Below, in pieces: positions 1 through 21,354 of a DNA stretch of 64,000 bases; positions within the stretch are counted from its first letter, which is position 1, and every line of letters starts with the position of its first letter. This stretch comes from the human T2T-CHM13v2.0 reference genome, Homo sapiens. Both the position numbers and the translations under genes were made by a program. Where the stretch lies: NCBI RefSeq assembly GCF_009914755.1, contig NC_060931.1; one strand, 5' to 3'. Below the pieces are notes generated by a model. That model made no database searches and was not told the origin of the DNA. It was given only the letters and a program-made list of their open reading frames with translations.

Positions 1-850
1 GAATCACTTGAGCTCAGGAATTCAAGACCAGCCAGGAATTTGAGACCAGCCTGGGCAAGATGGCGAAACCTCATCTCTACAAAAAATACAAAAATTAGCC
101 AGGCATGGTGGTGTGTGCCTGTAGTCCCAGCTACTCAGGAGGATTGCTTGAGCCCAGGAGGTTGAGGCTGCAGTAAGTCTTGATCTGGCCACTGCACTCC
201 AGCCTACAGAGTGCAGTCTGTAGGATGACAGAGCAAGATCCAGCCCCTCCCCCCTCCAAAAAAAAACAGAAAGAAAAGAAAAGATGAAATAAAAGGCATT
301 CAGATTGCAAAAGAAAAAGTGAAATTATCTCTATTTGCAGATTACTTTATATTTTATATAGAGAATACTGGTTGGGTGCAATGGCTCACGCCTGCAATCC
401 CCAGAACTTTGGGAAGCAGAGGCAAGTTGAGCATCTGAGGTCAGGAGTTCAAGACCAGTCTGGTCAACATGGTGAAACCCCATCCCTACTAAAAATACAA
501 AAATTAGCCAGGTGTGGTGGTGGGCACCTGTAATCCCAGCTTCTCCGGAGACTGAGGCAGGAGAATCACTTGAACCCAGGAGGCAGAGGTTGCAGTGAGC
601 CAAGATTGCACCACTGTTCTCCTGGGTGACAGAGCGAGAAAAAGAAAAATAAAAAACAATACTAAAGAACCTACTAAAAAAACTGTTAGAATTAGTAAAT
701 GAGATCAGCTAGATTGCAGGATACAAAAATCAATGTACAAAAATCATTTGTATTTCTACACAGTAGCAGTGAACAAACTGAAAATAAAATTTTAAAAAGA
801 TTCCATTTGGGCTGGGCACAGTGGCTCATGCCTGTAATCCCAGCAGTTTA

Positions 851-1209
<359 letters not shown>

Positions 1210-1225
1210 CTAGTTGACATAGTAA

Positions 1226-1378
<153 letters not shown>

Positions 1379-1639
1379 TGAGTAGCTGAGATTACAGGTG
1401 TGCGCCACCATGCCCAGCTAATTTTGTATTTTTAGTAGAGATGGGGTTCACCATGTTGGTCAGGCTGGTCTCGAACTCCTGACCTCGTGATCTGCCTGCC
1501 TCAGCCTCCCAAAGTGCTGGGATTACAGGTGTAAGCCACCACACCCAGACATAAAAAAAAAATTTTTTAAAGAAAATATTTCATTTTGGCTGGATGAGGT
1601 GGCACACGCCTAGTGATAGCAGCAGGATAGCTATCCCAG

Positions 1640-2695
1640 TGATAGCAGCAGGAGGCAGACAAATCACTGGGCAGACAGGGTCAGGTCCCTGGTGAAACTT
1701 GACCTTCAAGCCGAAGGCAGTTTAAAGCCTGAATACCATGCTATGAGTCTTGGATAAATCCACGGACCAGATTGAGAACCTCTGTTCCCATTTGGTGCAC
1801 TTTCCTGATTCATCCCCACCCTTCACCTATTTTACATATACCTACCCTTTCCTAATTGTTTTTCTTTTTTTTACAGTCATGTCCATCTTTGAGTGGTGCC
1901 TTTTTTTTTAGCCTTTTTTGCATACTCACAAACCAATCAGCATGCAATCCCCCATTATGAGCCCATAAGCCCCAGACTCAGCCACACTTGTGGGTGGGGG
2001 ATCACCCTCCCCAAGTCCCCTCTCAGCTGAGAGCTGTTCCATATGGCTCAATAAAACTCTTCTCTGCCCTTCTCACCCTCTGGTTGTCCACGTAACATCA
2101 TTCTTCTTGGATGCAGGACAAGAACTCAGGACCTACTGAATGGCGGGTGCCAAAGGAGCTGCTCTAACACTGTTGCCCTCTGCCCTCCACTGGCTCCAAG
2201 CAGATGACCCACGTGACAGGAAGCCACAGTGAGGCCAGGCCAGCCCTGGAGCCACGGGCCAGAGTGGGGCAGCGGGACTCAATGAGCTGTAACACAGACT
2301 GGCTTAAACACGCCCCCAATCCCCCTGTTTGAAATGCTGTGGGCGATGGGAAGAGAAGAGCTATGTCCCTTCTGGGGGCCTAGACCTCGGGGCTCCCCAA
2401 GCCAAAGCTGTAGCACACTGTAACACCTCCTGTGGTGGGCTTCAGGGTCGCTGGCGTCTTGATTTTCTCAGGTGCCACTGCGTTCCCCTTGTCCAGGCAC
2501 TGGTGCCCAAGGCAGGAGCAGGTCACAGCACCCCTGGCCCACCTGTTGGCTGAGTGCAAGCCAAGGGCAGCCTCTGGGCTGCGTGGGTGGGGTACCTCCA
2601 GATGCAAGCCTGGAGCCAAGCAAAGCCCTGTGAAGGGGGTTGCCAACCACAGAGGTCTCCGGCTGGTGAAACAGCACCAAAAAAATCCTGCATCA
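1640..2695 (+). mobile_element. Solo ERV1 LTR (LTR27/LTR28-like) inserted in an Alu
   Basis: TG...CA ends, 4-bp TSD ccag (1636-1639 and 2696-2699), AATAAA at ~2050, and the Alu resumes exactly on both sides. Confidence 0.8.
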
Positions 2696-2829
2696 CCAGC
2701 ACTTTGAGAGGCTGAGGTGGGTGGATTACCTGAGATCAGGAGTTCAAGACCAGTCTGGGCCACATGGTGAAACCTCATCTCTACCAAAAATACAAAAAAA
2801 ATGCCAGGTGTGGTGGTCCGTGCCTGTAG

Positions 2830-3252
<423 letters not shown>

Positions 3253-3628
3253 TGATCTGCCCACGTGAGACTCCCAAAGTGCTGGGATTACAGATGTGAA
3301 CCACCGAGCCCAGCCAACATTCCATTTTTAATAGCATCAAAATGAATAAAATGCTTAGGAATAAGTTTATCCAAAAAGTGCAAAACTTACACTCTGAAAA
3401 CTATAAACTATTGTTAAAGAAATAAAAAAACATCTAAATAAATGGCAAGATATCCCATGTCCATGGATTGGAAGACTTAATATAAATAAGATGACATTAC
3501 TCCCCAAATTGATCTACAGAGTCAATACAATCCCTACCAAAATCTCAGATTTTTTTTTTGTGGAAATTGACAAGCTGACCCTAAAATTCGTATGAAAATT
3601 CAAGGTTTCAGCTGAGCACGGTGGCTCA

Positions 3629-3853
<225 letters not shown>

Positions 3854-4128
3854 CTAGGAAACAGAGCGAGACCCCATCAAAAAAGAGAGAGAGAGAGAAA
3901 GAAAGAAAGAAAGTTCAAAATTTGACAAAACTCAACCTCCTTTTATGATAAAAACTCCTAACAAATTAGATATAGAGGTAATGTTCCTCAACACAATAAA
4001 GGCCATATAACACAAGCCCACAGCAGCTAAAATCATATTCAACAGTGAAAAGTTAAAAGCTTTTCCTCTAAGATCAGGAAAAAGACAAGGATGCCCACTC
4101 TCACAACTTCTTTTTTTTTTTTTTTTGA

Positions 4129-4494
<366 letters not shown>

Positions 4495-4654
4495 TAGAAA
4501 GGAAGAATTTAATGTGTCTTTGTTTGCCGATAACATGAATACCCTAAAGACTTTGAAAAAACCTGTTAGAACTGCTAAACAAATTTAGTAAAGTTTCAAG
4601 TTTGCAGGATACTGGCTGGGTGTGGTGGCTCACACCTGTAAACCCAGCACTTTA

Positions 4655-4907
<253 letters not shown>

Positions 4908-5179
4908 TTATAGAAGTAGAGAGTTGAATGGTGGTTACCAGATGCAGGAGGAGGCAGGAGGAGGCAGGAGGTGGTGGATGGGGAAAGGGTTGGTCTAAGG
5001 GTACATGCAAAGTTTCAGTTAGGAGAAATAAGTTCTAGTGATCTACTGCATAGCATGGTGACTATAGTTAATAATAATGGATTGTATATTCCAAAATTGC
5101 TTAAAGAGTCCATCTTAGATGTTCTTTCCACAAAGAAATAAGTATATGAGGTGACAGATAGGTAGATATATAAGTTAAC

Positions 5180-6097
<918 letters not shown>

Positions 6098-6277
6098 CTA
6101 GTTAACTTGATTTAATCATTCCACAGTGTATACATATAATAATACCTTTTACCCTATAATGATATACAATTATTATTTGTCAATTAGACATAAAGTTATA
6201 AAAAAATTCAAGTGACCCAGAATAGCCAAAACAACCTTGAAAAAAAGACAGCAAAGTTGGAAAACTCACACTTCCCA

Positions 6278-6465
6278 ATTCCCTTCCCTTCCCTCCCCTC
6301 CCTTCCCCTTCCTTCCACTCCCTCTCCCTCCCCTCCCTTCCCCTCCCCTCCCTTCCCATCCTTTCCTCTTCCTTCCCCTTCCCCCTCCACTCCCCTCTCC
6401 TCCCTTCCCCTCCCTTACTCTTCCCTCCCCTCACCTTTCCTTTCCCCCTTCCTTTCTCCTTTCCT
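6278..6465. repeat. (CCCTT/CCCCT)n polypyrimidine tract
   Basis: Read directly. It is the expanded tail of a minus-strand Alu. Confidence 0.95.
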
Positions 6466-8297
6466 TGTTTGTTTTGTTTTTACAGACAGGATCTCTCTCC
6501 CAAGCTGGAGTGCAGTGGTGCAATTATAGCTCACTGCACCCTCAAACTCCTGAGCTAAAGCAATCCTCCCATTTCAGCCTCCTGAATAGCTAGGGCTACA
6601 GGTGCATGCCACCAAGCCCAGCTAATTAACAAAATATATTTTTTGGCTAGGTGTAGTGGCTCACACCTGTAATCCCAGCACTTTGGGAGGCCGAGGATGG
6701 CAGATCACCTGAGTTCAGGAGTTCCAGGCCAGCCTGGCCAACGTGGCGAAAGCCTGTCTCTACTAAAAATACAAAAATTAGCCAGGCATGGGGGCGGGAG
6801 CCTATAATTCAGCTACTCAGGAGGCTGAGGAGGGAGAATTGCTTGAACCCAGGAGGCAGTGGTTGCAGTGAGCCAAGATCATACCACTGCAATCCAGCCT
6901 GGGCAACAAGAGCAAAACTCCATCTCAAAAAAAAAAAAAATTCTTTTGTATAGACAGGATCTTGATGAGTTGCCCATGCTGGTCTTGAACTCTTGGCCTC
7001 AAGGGATCCTCAATCCTCAGTCTCCTACAGCACTGGGATTATATGTATGAGCCATGGAACCTGGGCCCCAATTTTAACTTACTACAAAGCTACAGTAATC
7101 AGATCAGTGAGGTACCGGCATAAGGAGAGATACATAAATCAATGGAATAGAATTGAAAGTCCAGACATAGGCTGGACGCAGTGGCTCACGCCTGTAATCC
7201 TAGCACATTGGGAGGCTGAGGTGGGCAGATCACGAGGTCAGGAGTTCGAGACCAGCCTGACCAACATGGTGAAACCCCGTCTCTACTAAAAATACAAAAA
7301 TTAGCCAGGCGTGGTGGCGGGCGCCTGTAATTCATGCCACTGCACTCCAGCCTGGGCAACAGAGCAAGACTCCATCTCAAAAAAAAAAAAAAAAAAGGAA
7401 AAAAAAATAAGTGAAAGGACAATCCACAGAATAGGAGAAAATGTTTACAAATTATATCTGATAAGGGACTTGTGTCCAGAATATACAAAGAATTCCAAGT
7501 TGGGAGCAGTGGCGTGTGCCTCTAGTCCCAGCTACTCAGGAGGCTGAGGCAAGAGGATCACTTGAGCCCAGGTGTTAGACACCAGCCTGGGCAACACAGG
7601 GAGACCCTCATCCTCTTGAAAAGAAATCCAATTTAAGAACGGGTAAAGGATCTGAATAGTCATTTCTCCAAGGAAGATATACAAATGGCAGTAAGTATGT
7701 GAAAAGATTCTCAACATCATGAATCATTAGGGAAATGCCAACGAAAACCACAATGAGATGCCACGTCACACCTACTAGAATGACTAATAAAAAGACACAG
7801 GATGTAGAGAAGCTGGAACCCTCATACACTGCTGGTGGGAATGTCAAATAGTACAGCTGCTTTGGAGAACAGGAAGATCATCTGGTAGTTTCTCCAAGTT
7901 TAAACATAGAGTTACCATTAAACCCATTAATTCCACTTACAAGTATGTACCCAGAGAAGTGAAAGCATGTCCACACAGAGACTTATACATGAATGTTCAT
8001 AGCTGCATTATTCATAGTAGCCAAAAAGCTGAAATAACCAAAATGTCCATCAACTCATGAACAGATAAACAGAATGTGGTGTATCCCTATGATGGAATAT
8101 TATTCAGCAATGAAAAGGAATAAAGTGCTGATACATGCTACAACATGAATAAACCATGAAAGCATTATGCTCAGTGAAAGAAGCCAGATACAAAAGATCA
8201 CATATTTTATTATTCCGTATATATTAAATGTCCAGAATAGGCAAACCATAGGAACAAAAAGTAGATTATTGGTTGCCAGGGGCTGGGGAGGAGGTAA

Positions 8298-8686
<389 letters not shown>

Positions 8687-9983
8687 TGAGCCACCACACC
8701 CACCCCAGGTGAATTGTATAAATGTGAATTTATAGCTCGAATAGACTGTTATTAAGAGCAAAAAGAGGCTGATGGTAGTGGCTCACCCTTGTAATCCCAG
8801 TGCTCTGGGAGGCAGAGATGGGTGGATCACTTGAGCCCAGGAGTTTGAGATCAGCCTAGGCACACAGGGAGACCCCATCTCCACAAAAAGTACAAAAATT
8901 AGCTGGGCATGGTGGCACGTATCTGTAGTCCCAGCTATTTCAGAGGCTGAGGTGGTAGGATCACTTCAACCAGGGAGATTGAGGCTGCAGAGGGCTCTGC
9001 GTTCACACCACTGCACTCCAGCCTGGGCTACAAAGAGACCCTGTCTCAAAAAATAAAAATTAAAAAAAAAAAAAAAGAGAAAGAGCAAAAAGAGAGGGCT
9101 GGCAAGGGCTGGAGCAAGGGCAGCAGTGATTGGGTGTTGCGAAGTGCTTGGATGTGGCTCAGTAGTGGGTACAGAAGATCAGGGGCCTGGAGTAGGGAGG
9201 AGCACCAGAGCAGGCTGAGCCCAGTCCAGAGGCAGCTGGGTGGGGTCCTGGGAAGAGGCACCTGTTGAGGCTCTCTCCCATCACTTTTATGGGCTCAGTG
9301 GACTCAGGAGGAAGGTCGTCTGTGAAGAGTGAGCCAAGGAGGTGAGAAATTGTGGTCTGTGTCTGGAAGCGCAGGGTGCATTGACTGGGAAGGAATCAGT
9401 CCAACCTGCCAGCACCTAGGGTCCATCTGAGGTCAGGGGTCAGGAAGATCAACTGAAACTAGGCAGCAGGGCCTACACAACCATGGGCTGCTGGTGTCTG
9501 GGTATGGACATGGGTGGGGGTTAACAGGGCTTGGAAGGAGACACTTAGAAAATAATACAAATGCTAACTGGAAAACAGGCAACACAACTTCCACCTTAGA
9601 ATCTCACCTCTGTTAGAGCATTATGCATGTGTGTTGGGAGTTGTGGGGGACTGAGTTCCTCTGGACACTACCCCTTCTCTCCTCCCTGCCCACCTGCACC
9701 AACTTAGCCCATGAGAGCTGCTGGCCCACAGGAAGTTCTGGGGTGCAGACCCTGTCAGGTCTTGGGCATAGGAGCCCAGCGGCTAGAAGGGCCCAAAGGC
9801 AGCTAGAGGAGAATGGGTTGAAATTTATCCCTCCTGTGACCAGCCAGCAGAGTTTGGGGCATAGCTGATTTTTGTCCTCACTTTGCAGATGTCGGCACCT
9901 TGCCTGACTTGGGGTTCAGAAACTCGGCGCGGTGGCTCATGCCTGTAATCCCAGCACTTTGGGAGGCCGAGGCGGGTGGATCA

Positions 9984-10331
<348 letters not shown>

Positions 10332-10920
10332 TCACAAGACTGTGCCTGTCAGGCTGATGTAGCTCCTGCAAGCTCCCCAAGAATGCCAAGGAGCCAGGGG
10401 GAAGTGGCGTGGTGACCCTGGGTGGAGGGAGCATGGATGGTGGAGCTGACCCAGTTCCATCTGTATAAACACATGCAGTGGGGGCCAGTGCTGCTGGAAT
10501 GTTGTATGTGGAATAGCAGAAGAACATCAATACGCTAAAAGTAGTAGTTTTTTTTTTCTGGGAGACAGGATTACAGTAAATTTTATTTAATTCTCTTTAC
10601 TTTAGCTTTCTGTTTTGTTTTTCAGAGACAAGGTCTCACTCTGTTGCCCAGGCAGTGATGCAATCACAGCTCATGGCAGATGACCTCCTGGGCTCAAGCA
10701 ATCCTCCCACCTCAGCCTCCTGAGTAGCTGGGGCCACAGGCATATGCCACCATGCCTGTGGTGGCTAATTTTTAATTTTTTTGTAGAAATGGGGTCTTGC
10801 TATGGTATCCAGGCTGGTCTCGAACTCCTGGGCTACCCATGTCAGCCTCCCAAAGTACTGAGATTACAGGCATGAGCCACAGCACCTGGTCTTACTTTTT
10901 TTTTTTTTTTTTTTTTTTGA

Positions 10921-11233
<313 letters not shown>

Positions 11234-11698
11234 TAGGTATTGTTTTTGTGACAGTCTGGGGCCAGGCCTGTGGTGGAGCCTGGGTGCAGGCTGGACAAGT
11301 CCTGGAGTGGGGCATGGGTGGGGCCTGAGGTGGGCTTGGAGTAGGACCTGTGGTAAAGCCTGCGTAGGACCTAGGGTACAGCCTGGGACAGAGCTTCAGA
11401 GGAGCCCGGGGTCCTGGTGGACCCTGTGAGGCTATGACTGGCTCAGTGAGCCCTGGCTGCTGCTGTACTCTGAGTGAGGAGCGGCAGGGTGACCAGGCTT
11501 TTGGAATCTGTGCTAGGAAGTGAAGGTGGACGGGAGAAGCAGCAGGAGATCAGCTGCAGCCACCACACTGGTCCTAGGCCCAGGTGACAGGACATAGGTG
11601 TCTGGTGCCACCTTCACTTCACCCCTCCTGACCTCTGACCCTGCACCGTGGGCATGCACATTAACCCCTGCTCCCCATGTCCAGTGCCCGCTCTTTGA

Positions 11699-11965
<267 letters not shown>

Positions 11966-12628
11966 TGATCCGCCCGCCTCGGCCTCCCAAAGTGCTGGGA
12001 TTACAGGCATGAGCCACCGCACCGGGCAGATTCTCCTAGAACTTTAAGAAGTATGAAAAGGTTGAGCCAGCTAGCAGGAGAGCGAAGGTAAGAAAATTGA
12101 ATAGGGAATTTGACCAACAGGACCGGGTGGGCCACTTAGAGCCAAAGTTCCAGGACAGCAGAAGCTCTCAGAAGGTAGAGCTATCTGAGCAGATATGAAG
12201 AAGCAGAGAGGAAGGCTTTTTCATACATAACTCTGAGAAGATCTCCATGATCCTTGCAGTAAAGAAGACAAAACTATGGCAGGCACCCTGGTGTAAAGTG
12301 ACCATCCACTCCCACCCGGCTCTGCTGCCTGCTCCAGGGCAAGTCACCCTGCTGGGAAGGCACCAGCACTGTCAGACCAGCCCTGCCCCTTTCTCTCCAG
12401 ACCTCACCCATGGCAAAGTAGACTCTTATGAAGAGACAGCTGTTGGCAGCTGTCCCACCCCCACCTCTGCTCAGCTGCCCAGTAAGATGGCAGGGAGAAT
12501 GGCCATAGCCACCCAGCCTGTTTCCAGCTCTCTCCCCCGCCACATCTGCTCAAGTCACCATTTCAACAATGTGATTTTAGACATCTGCAGCCTCTCTACC
12601 CACTGTTAAACAAATTTCAGCACATTTA

Positions 12629-12897
<269 letters not shown>

Positions 12898-13013
12898 CTA
12901 CAGCCTGGGCAACAAGAGTGAAACTCCGTCTCAAAAATAAATAAATAAATAAATAAATAAATAAAGATTTTAAAAAGTGTTTTATTGAGACAGAGTCTCG
13001 CTCTGTTGCCTAG

Positions 13014-13280
<267 letters not shown>

Positions 13281-13397
13281 TAGTAGAGACGGGGTTTCAC
13301 CATGTTGGTCAGGTTGGTCTCTGACCTCAGGTGATCCACCCACCCGCCTCGGCCTCCCAAAGTGTTGGGATTACAGGTGTGAGCCACTGTGCCATCC

Positions 13398-13790
13398 TCA
13401 AATTGGTTTTTATTAGTGGTTCATGAGTTGGCCAGCATATCATCTAAGGATTTAGAAAACGCACTCCAATGAGAGGAGCGGAGGAGATTGGTTTTGTTGA
13501 AAAGGGCTGAGGAAAGAAAAATAGAGAACAAAAAGGGGGTGGGTCATTTTAAATTACTTTCCTTACAGGGTTAAAACAAAGAGGACTTTCTTGTCAAGCC
13601 GGCTCAGGAAAACAGGGACCCTTCTGATTGGTTGCTGTGAATTTCCTGTTTTTTGGAAAACTGGCCCGTTTCAAAGTTCAGTTGGGCGATGTGGTACCTA
13701 GCATGAGTGATTCCATTTTGGTTTGCTCTGGTCCACTGGGGCCTAGTGCAGGATCTTACTCCAAAACAATGGTCTCCATACATTTCACTG
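13398..13790 (-). mobile_element. ERV1 (MER4-group-like) LTR fragment; probably continues at ~12604-12650 across Alus
   Basis: Resembles remembered MER4-group LTR sequence. Subfamily not assigned. Confidence 0.45.
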
Positions 13791-13977
13791 AACTCCACCC
13801 CACTCAGCAGCCTGCTCGCTTTATGCCTCTAACAATAGCTCCTGTCTTTGGTCCCCCTCAGTCCAATGGGTCCCATACTCACCTCTAAGATTCATCTCCC
13901 TAAAGTGCGATAAGGCTATTCCATTCTGCTTTATTTATTTATTTATTTTGGTTCCCTATTGCCTACAATGTAAATCA

Positions 13978-14640
<663 letters not shown>

Positions 14641-14955
14641 CTACAAATAATGTATTCTTGTTTTGTTTTGTTTTATTTGAGGCTCTGTTACCCAGGCAGG
14701 AGTGAGTGGTGTAATCACAGCTCACTGCAGCCTTAAACCTCTCAGACTCAGGTGATATTCCTACCTCGGCCTCCCAAGTAGCTGGGACTACAGATGCAAG
14801 CCACCATGCCTGGCTATTTTTGAAAAATTTTTTGTAGAGATGGAGTCTCACTACGTTGCCCAGGCTGGTCTCAAACTCCTAGGCTTGACCGATCCTCCAG
14901 CCTCAGCCTCCCAAAGTGCTGGATTATACGTGTAAGCCACTGTGCCAGTCCCTGA

Positions 14956-15138
<183 letters not shown>

Positions 15139-15405
15139 TGAGTAGCTGGGACTACAGGTGCGTGCCACCACACCTGGCTAATTTTTTGTATGTTAGTAGA
15201 GACGGGGTTTCACCATGTTGCCTAGGGTGGTCTTGAACTCCTGAGCTCAGGCGATCCATCCACCTTGGCCTCCCAAAGTGCTGGGATTACAGCCGTGAGC
15301 CACCGCACCTGGCCCCTTCCTGTCCTTTTTTTTTTAATGCCTTTCTAAATACTTTTTTAGATTTTAGTGCCCCTACAAACACTGTGCCATGTTTCTTTAT
15401 TTCTG

Positions 15406-15408
<3 letters not shown>

Positions 15409-15450
<42 letters not shown>
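15409..15450. repeat. (AC)21 microsatellite
   Basis: Read directly. Confidence 0.98.
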
Positions 15451-15452
<2 letters not shown>

Positions 15453-15483
15453 TGTTGTTTTGTTTTAACCTTATGAGCCTTAA

Positions 15484-15915
<432 letters not shown>

Positions 15916-15967
15916 TAAGGAGCATGGCATTTTCTTCTCTTGTCTCTAGTCTCCCCTAATCCAGACC

Positions 15968-16336
15968 TGTGGAGGCTAAAGCAAGTCCATCTTTGATGCC
16001 GATCTGCCATGATGACCTCTGATTAACCTCTGTTCTGGGAAGGCCTCTAAGATTTCCAGTTTATCTATTGTTCCTTGTGTAAGAGGCCTTATTGTAATTC
16101 CTGCCCTTAGGTCAAAACAGTCTTGATGTTATCATACCTCAATTGTCCTATACATCCCTTCAGGGTCACCCTTTCCCTATCCCATGTAAGCCCCTGATAC
16201 ACAGACAGGGCTTCAGCTCATGAGTTCCTATTAAATGTTTCTTTTGGAGAAACTGAATTTGTCAGCCTCTTTCTTTAACCTCTTAGCTTCCTCCGACTTT
16301 AGGGGCAGGCTTGCACAGACCTGCTTACCGAGAAAT
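15968..16336 (+). mobile_element. Solo LTR (LTR47-like)
   Basis: Starts tgtggaggctaaagcaagtccatct and contains ATTAAA at ~16230. Family assigned from memory. Confidence 0.55.
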
Positions 16337-18243
16337 GAGACCATTTCCCCAGGCCTGACGTTCTCTGAGAGTCACAGACAGTGCTGGAGACTGAGCCTTT
16401 GTGTAGATCTGTCTTATTTTTTCATGATCAGATTCAGGTTGAACATTTCTGGCTGGAAATTCTACTTGAAGGAGTCTGTATCTTTTCTCTGAGTATCACA
16501 TCAGGTACCCAGGATGTCAAATGGTCCCACTGTTGGTGTTGTTGACCTTGGTCATTTTGCTAAGGTAGTGTCTGACCAATGTTATTATAAAGGTTCCTTT
16601 CTCCCCGTATAATGAATTAGAGGCCTGTGGGAAGACTGTGTGCTCCGTAAAGGCTTTTCAGGAAACAAAGATGTTGGCATTGTGCAACTTTGTATGATGT
16701 TTTCAGTTAGCAAATTGTGACTGTCTGCTCATACCATTAAATATTCTTCAAAAACATGATTTCCAACCTGTGGGTGCGTTCTACTTAACTATTACCTACT
16801 AGGATGTAACTATTAGCTTGCTAACACAAGCTCCACGACAATGCAGATTTTCATCAGTTTTACTTACTGCCATGTTTCCAGCACTGAGAGTGGTATCTGG
16901 CACACAGTAGAAGCTCAACAGAAAATTGTTGAATGAATGAATACAGCTTGTGTGTAATTTTTCAATATCCTAATGTCACAGCAAACATCCTTGTAAATAA
17001 ATCTTTGAAGTATTTATTTTGTGAGAAACACAGATAATGCTTGTAAGGGAAATGTTTATGTTGATAATGTGAAAAAATAAGAATGCAAAATCATACATAT
17101 GCCATATTCTCCACAACATCAAGATATGCAAAGAGAACCATCTGGGAAAAAAACAGAGCAAACAATTGACTGGAATTATCTCTGAACAGTTTTAAGGTAT
17201 TTTGAACATTTCTCTGTATTTTCCACAATGAGAATATATCGCTTGTATGCAAAGGAGCAGCAGCACCTTTCTCTTTTTTTTTTTTTTTTGAGATGGAGTC
17301 TCGCTCTGTCGCCCAGGCTGGAGTGCAGTGGCGTGATCTTCGCTGACTGCAAGCTCCACCTCCTGGGTTCACGCCATTCTCCTGCCTCAGCCTCCCAGGT
17401 AGCTGTGGCTACAGGGCCCGCCACCATGCCTGGCTAATGTTTTGTATTTTTAGTAGAGACAGGGTTTCACCATGTTAGCCAGGATGGTCTCGATCTCCTG
17501 ACCTCGTGATCCGCCCACCTCGGCCTCCCAAAGTGCTGGGATTACAGGCGTGAGCCACTGCGCCCGGCCTACCTTTTTCTTTTTAAAGTTAGTTTTGCAA
17601 GTCAAGAGTCATAGTAACTGGGGGTACCCAAACTGGTTAAAAACCAAATTCAGGTTAAGGCCACACCGACTGTAGGAGACTGTGGACTCGCAGGAGCCCC
17701 TGGACGCTGGGCTAGGCTGATTACATTTAGGATATCAGGTTCCCTTTCTGGTGTCACATTTTAAAAGCGATATTGTCTAACTGGTGCCTGTCTAAAGGAG
17801 AGTGGCCAGTTGGTACAGGATCTGAAAATTGTGTTACTGTTAACACTTAAGGAACTGGGAGCATTATTCCTCCAACAGAAGACTGGGGGATTGAGAAGTT
17901 GCTTTTAATATTTGAAGAGCTGTCAAATAACAAAGTGATGATTCTTATTTTATGCACTTGTAGAGGAAAAGCTTCAATAAGGCAGTTTTTTTATTCTAGT
18001 AAATGAGGAAGACTTTTTTTTTTTTTTTTTTTGAGACAGAATCTCACTCTGTCGTCCAGGCTGGAGTGCAGTGGTGTGATCTCGGCTCACTGCAACCTCC
18101 ACCTCCCGGGTTCAGCAATTCTCCTGCCTCAGCCTCCCGAGTAGCTGGGACTACAGGTACACACCACCATGCCCGGCTAATTTTTGTACTTTTAGTAGAG
18201 ACAGGGTTTCACCATGTTGGCCAGGCTGGTCTCGAACTCCTGA

Positions 18244-18965
<722 letters not shown>

Positions 18966-19669
18966 TCTCAGGTGATCCACCCATCTTGGCCTCCAAAAGT
19001 GCTAGGATTACAGGCGTGAGCCACTGTGCCCGGCCTCAAGGAAGACTTTCTTAACAATTCATCATATAGTAGAAAATGAAAACATTCCCTAGAAAGGAGT
19101 GGACACCAGGTGGCCTTTCCCAGGGGAGCAGGGCAGGAATTATTGAAGCAGTTAGGAGGTGAGAGAGATGCCTGCCCTGGGGGCACCTGGGATGCTTGGC
19201 GTGGCCACTTCCAGCATCCTCCACAAACCTGCCTGCAACTCCCCCATACATGCAGCCTCTTCCGAGACAGAGGAATGGTCAGGGTCCCCTGGTGCCTGCC
19301 TCCCCCTTCATTTGGGTCTCTTCTTCAGGGCCAGCTCCACAGAGAATCCGTCCCTCATACCTCATCACTCCCTCCCCATTCTCTGGCCCTGATTTAGTTT
19401 TCTTCCTAACACTCTTTCTGACAGACACACTGTTACCTGTTAACTCATTTCCTTCTGTTTGTCCCCTCTAACATGCTTGCTGTATGGATGGAGGGGCCTT
19501 ATTCTCCTGGTTCCTGGGGACAGACCAGTGTTCACAGACCCCAGACCAGGGACTGTTGTACAGCAGGCCTGCCATATTTGTTCAATGAACGAATGATTCC
19601 CAAAAGAAATAGAGCACAGAGTTCAGAGGCGGCCTTCAGGGAAGAAATTTCAACAATGTCAAAAATTAA

Positions 19670-20560
<891 letters not shown>

Positions 20561-21354
20561 GGTAGTTGAGAGAATGTGGTCTTCCTCAACTTACGGTAGG
20601 AAAAGTCAAGAATAACTTAAAGGCTGATAATAGCATTTCAAAGATCGAAACTGATCAGAGAGGCTATTCCATCAGGCTAGACTAGCTCAATAGTGACTTT
20701 TTCCAGAAGGAGAACCACTGGGAAGAGAGAACTGAGCAGTGAGGACAGCGAACTTGTTAAGTTTAGTTTTCTGCTTTAACGAGGGGCTTCCGGAGTCCTT
20801 TAATAAGATCCCCTCCCAAAAGTGGCACCCTGGGTCTCTCTGTCTCCCAGTCGTGTCCCCGCCCGCCGGGCCAGAGCAATGGACTCCCAGGAAGCAGGGG
20901 GGGCGCGGGCGGGGCGCGGGCGGGGCGGGTGGGGGAAGGGCAAGGACTCACTCTTCCTTTCCTCCTCCGCCGGGGCCCGCCCCGAGCCCTGGCCCCACCC
21001 CGGCTCTCTGGATCCGCCTCCTCCTCCCGACCCCGCCCCGGCACCTTGGCCCCGCCTTCCACTCGGCCCCGCCCCGGCGTCCTGGCCCCGCCTCCGCCGC
21101 CCGGCCCCGCCCCGCTCCCGGCGGACTGCGAGCAGGAAGAGCGCAGTGGCTCTGCCGACGCCGCGTTCAGAAAGGTGTGGAGGGGGCTGGGGGCGCAGGT
21201 CGCGATCAGGCTGCGTCTCCTGCCCGCCCAGCCACCTGCGGCCCTGGCCCCACCCTGCCGCTTTGGGCCGCTCGGGCTCGCGGCCGCCCCCGCCCCGAGC
21301 GCCGGCTCGGGGCTCTGCTGCTCTGGCCTGGGAGGCGGGGCCGGCTGCGCGGCG

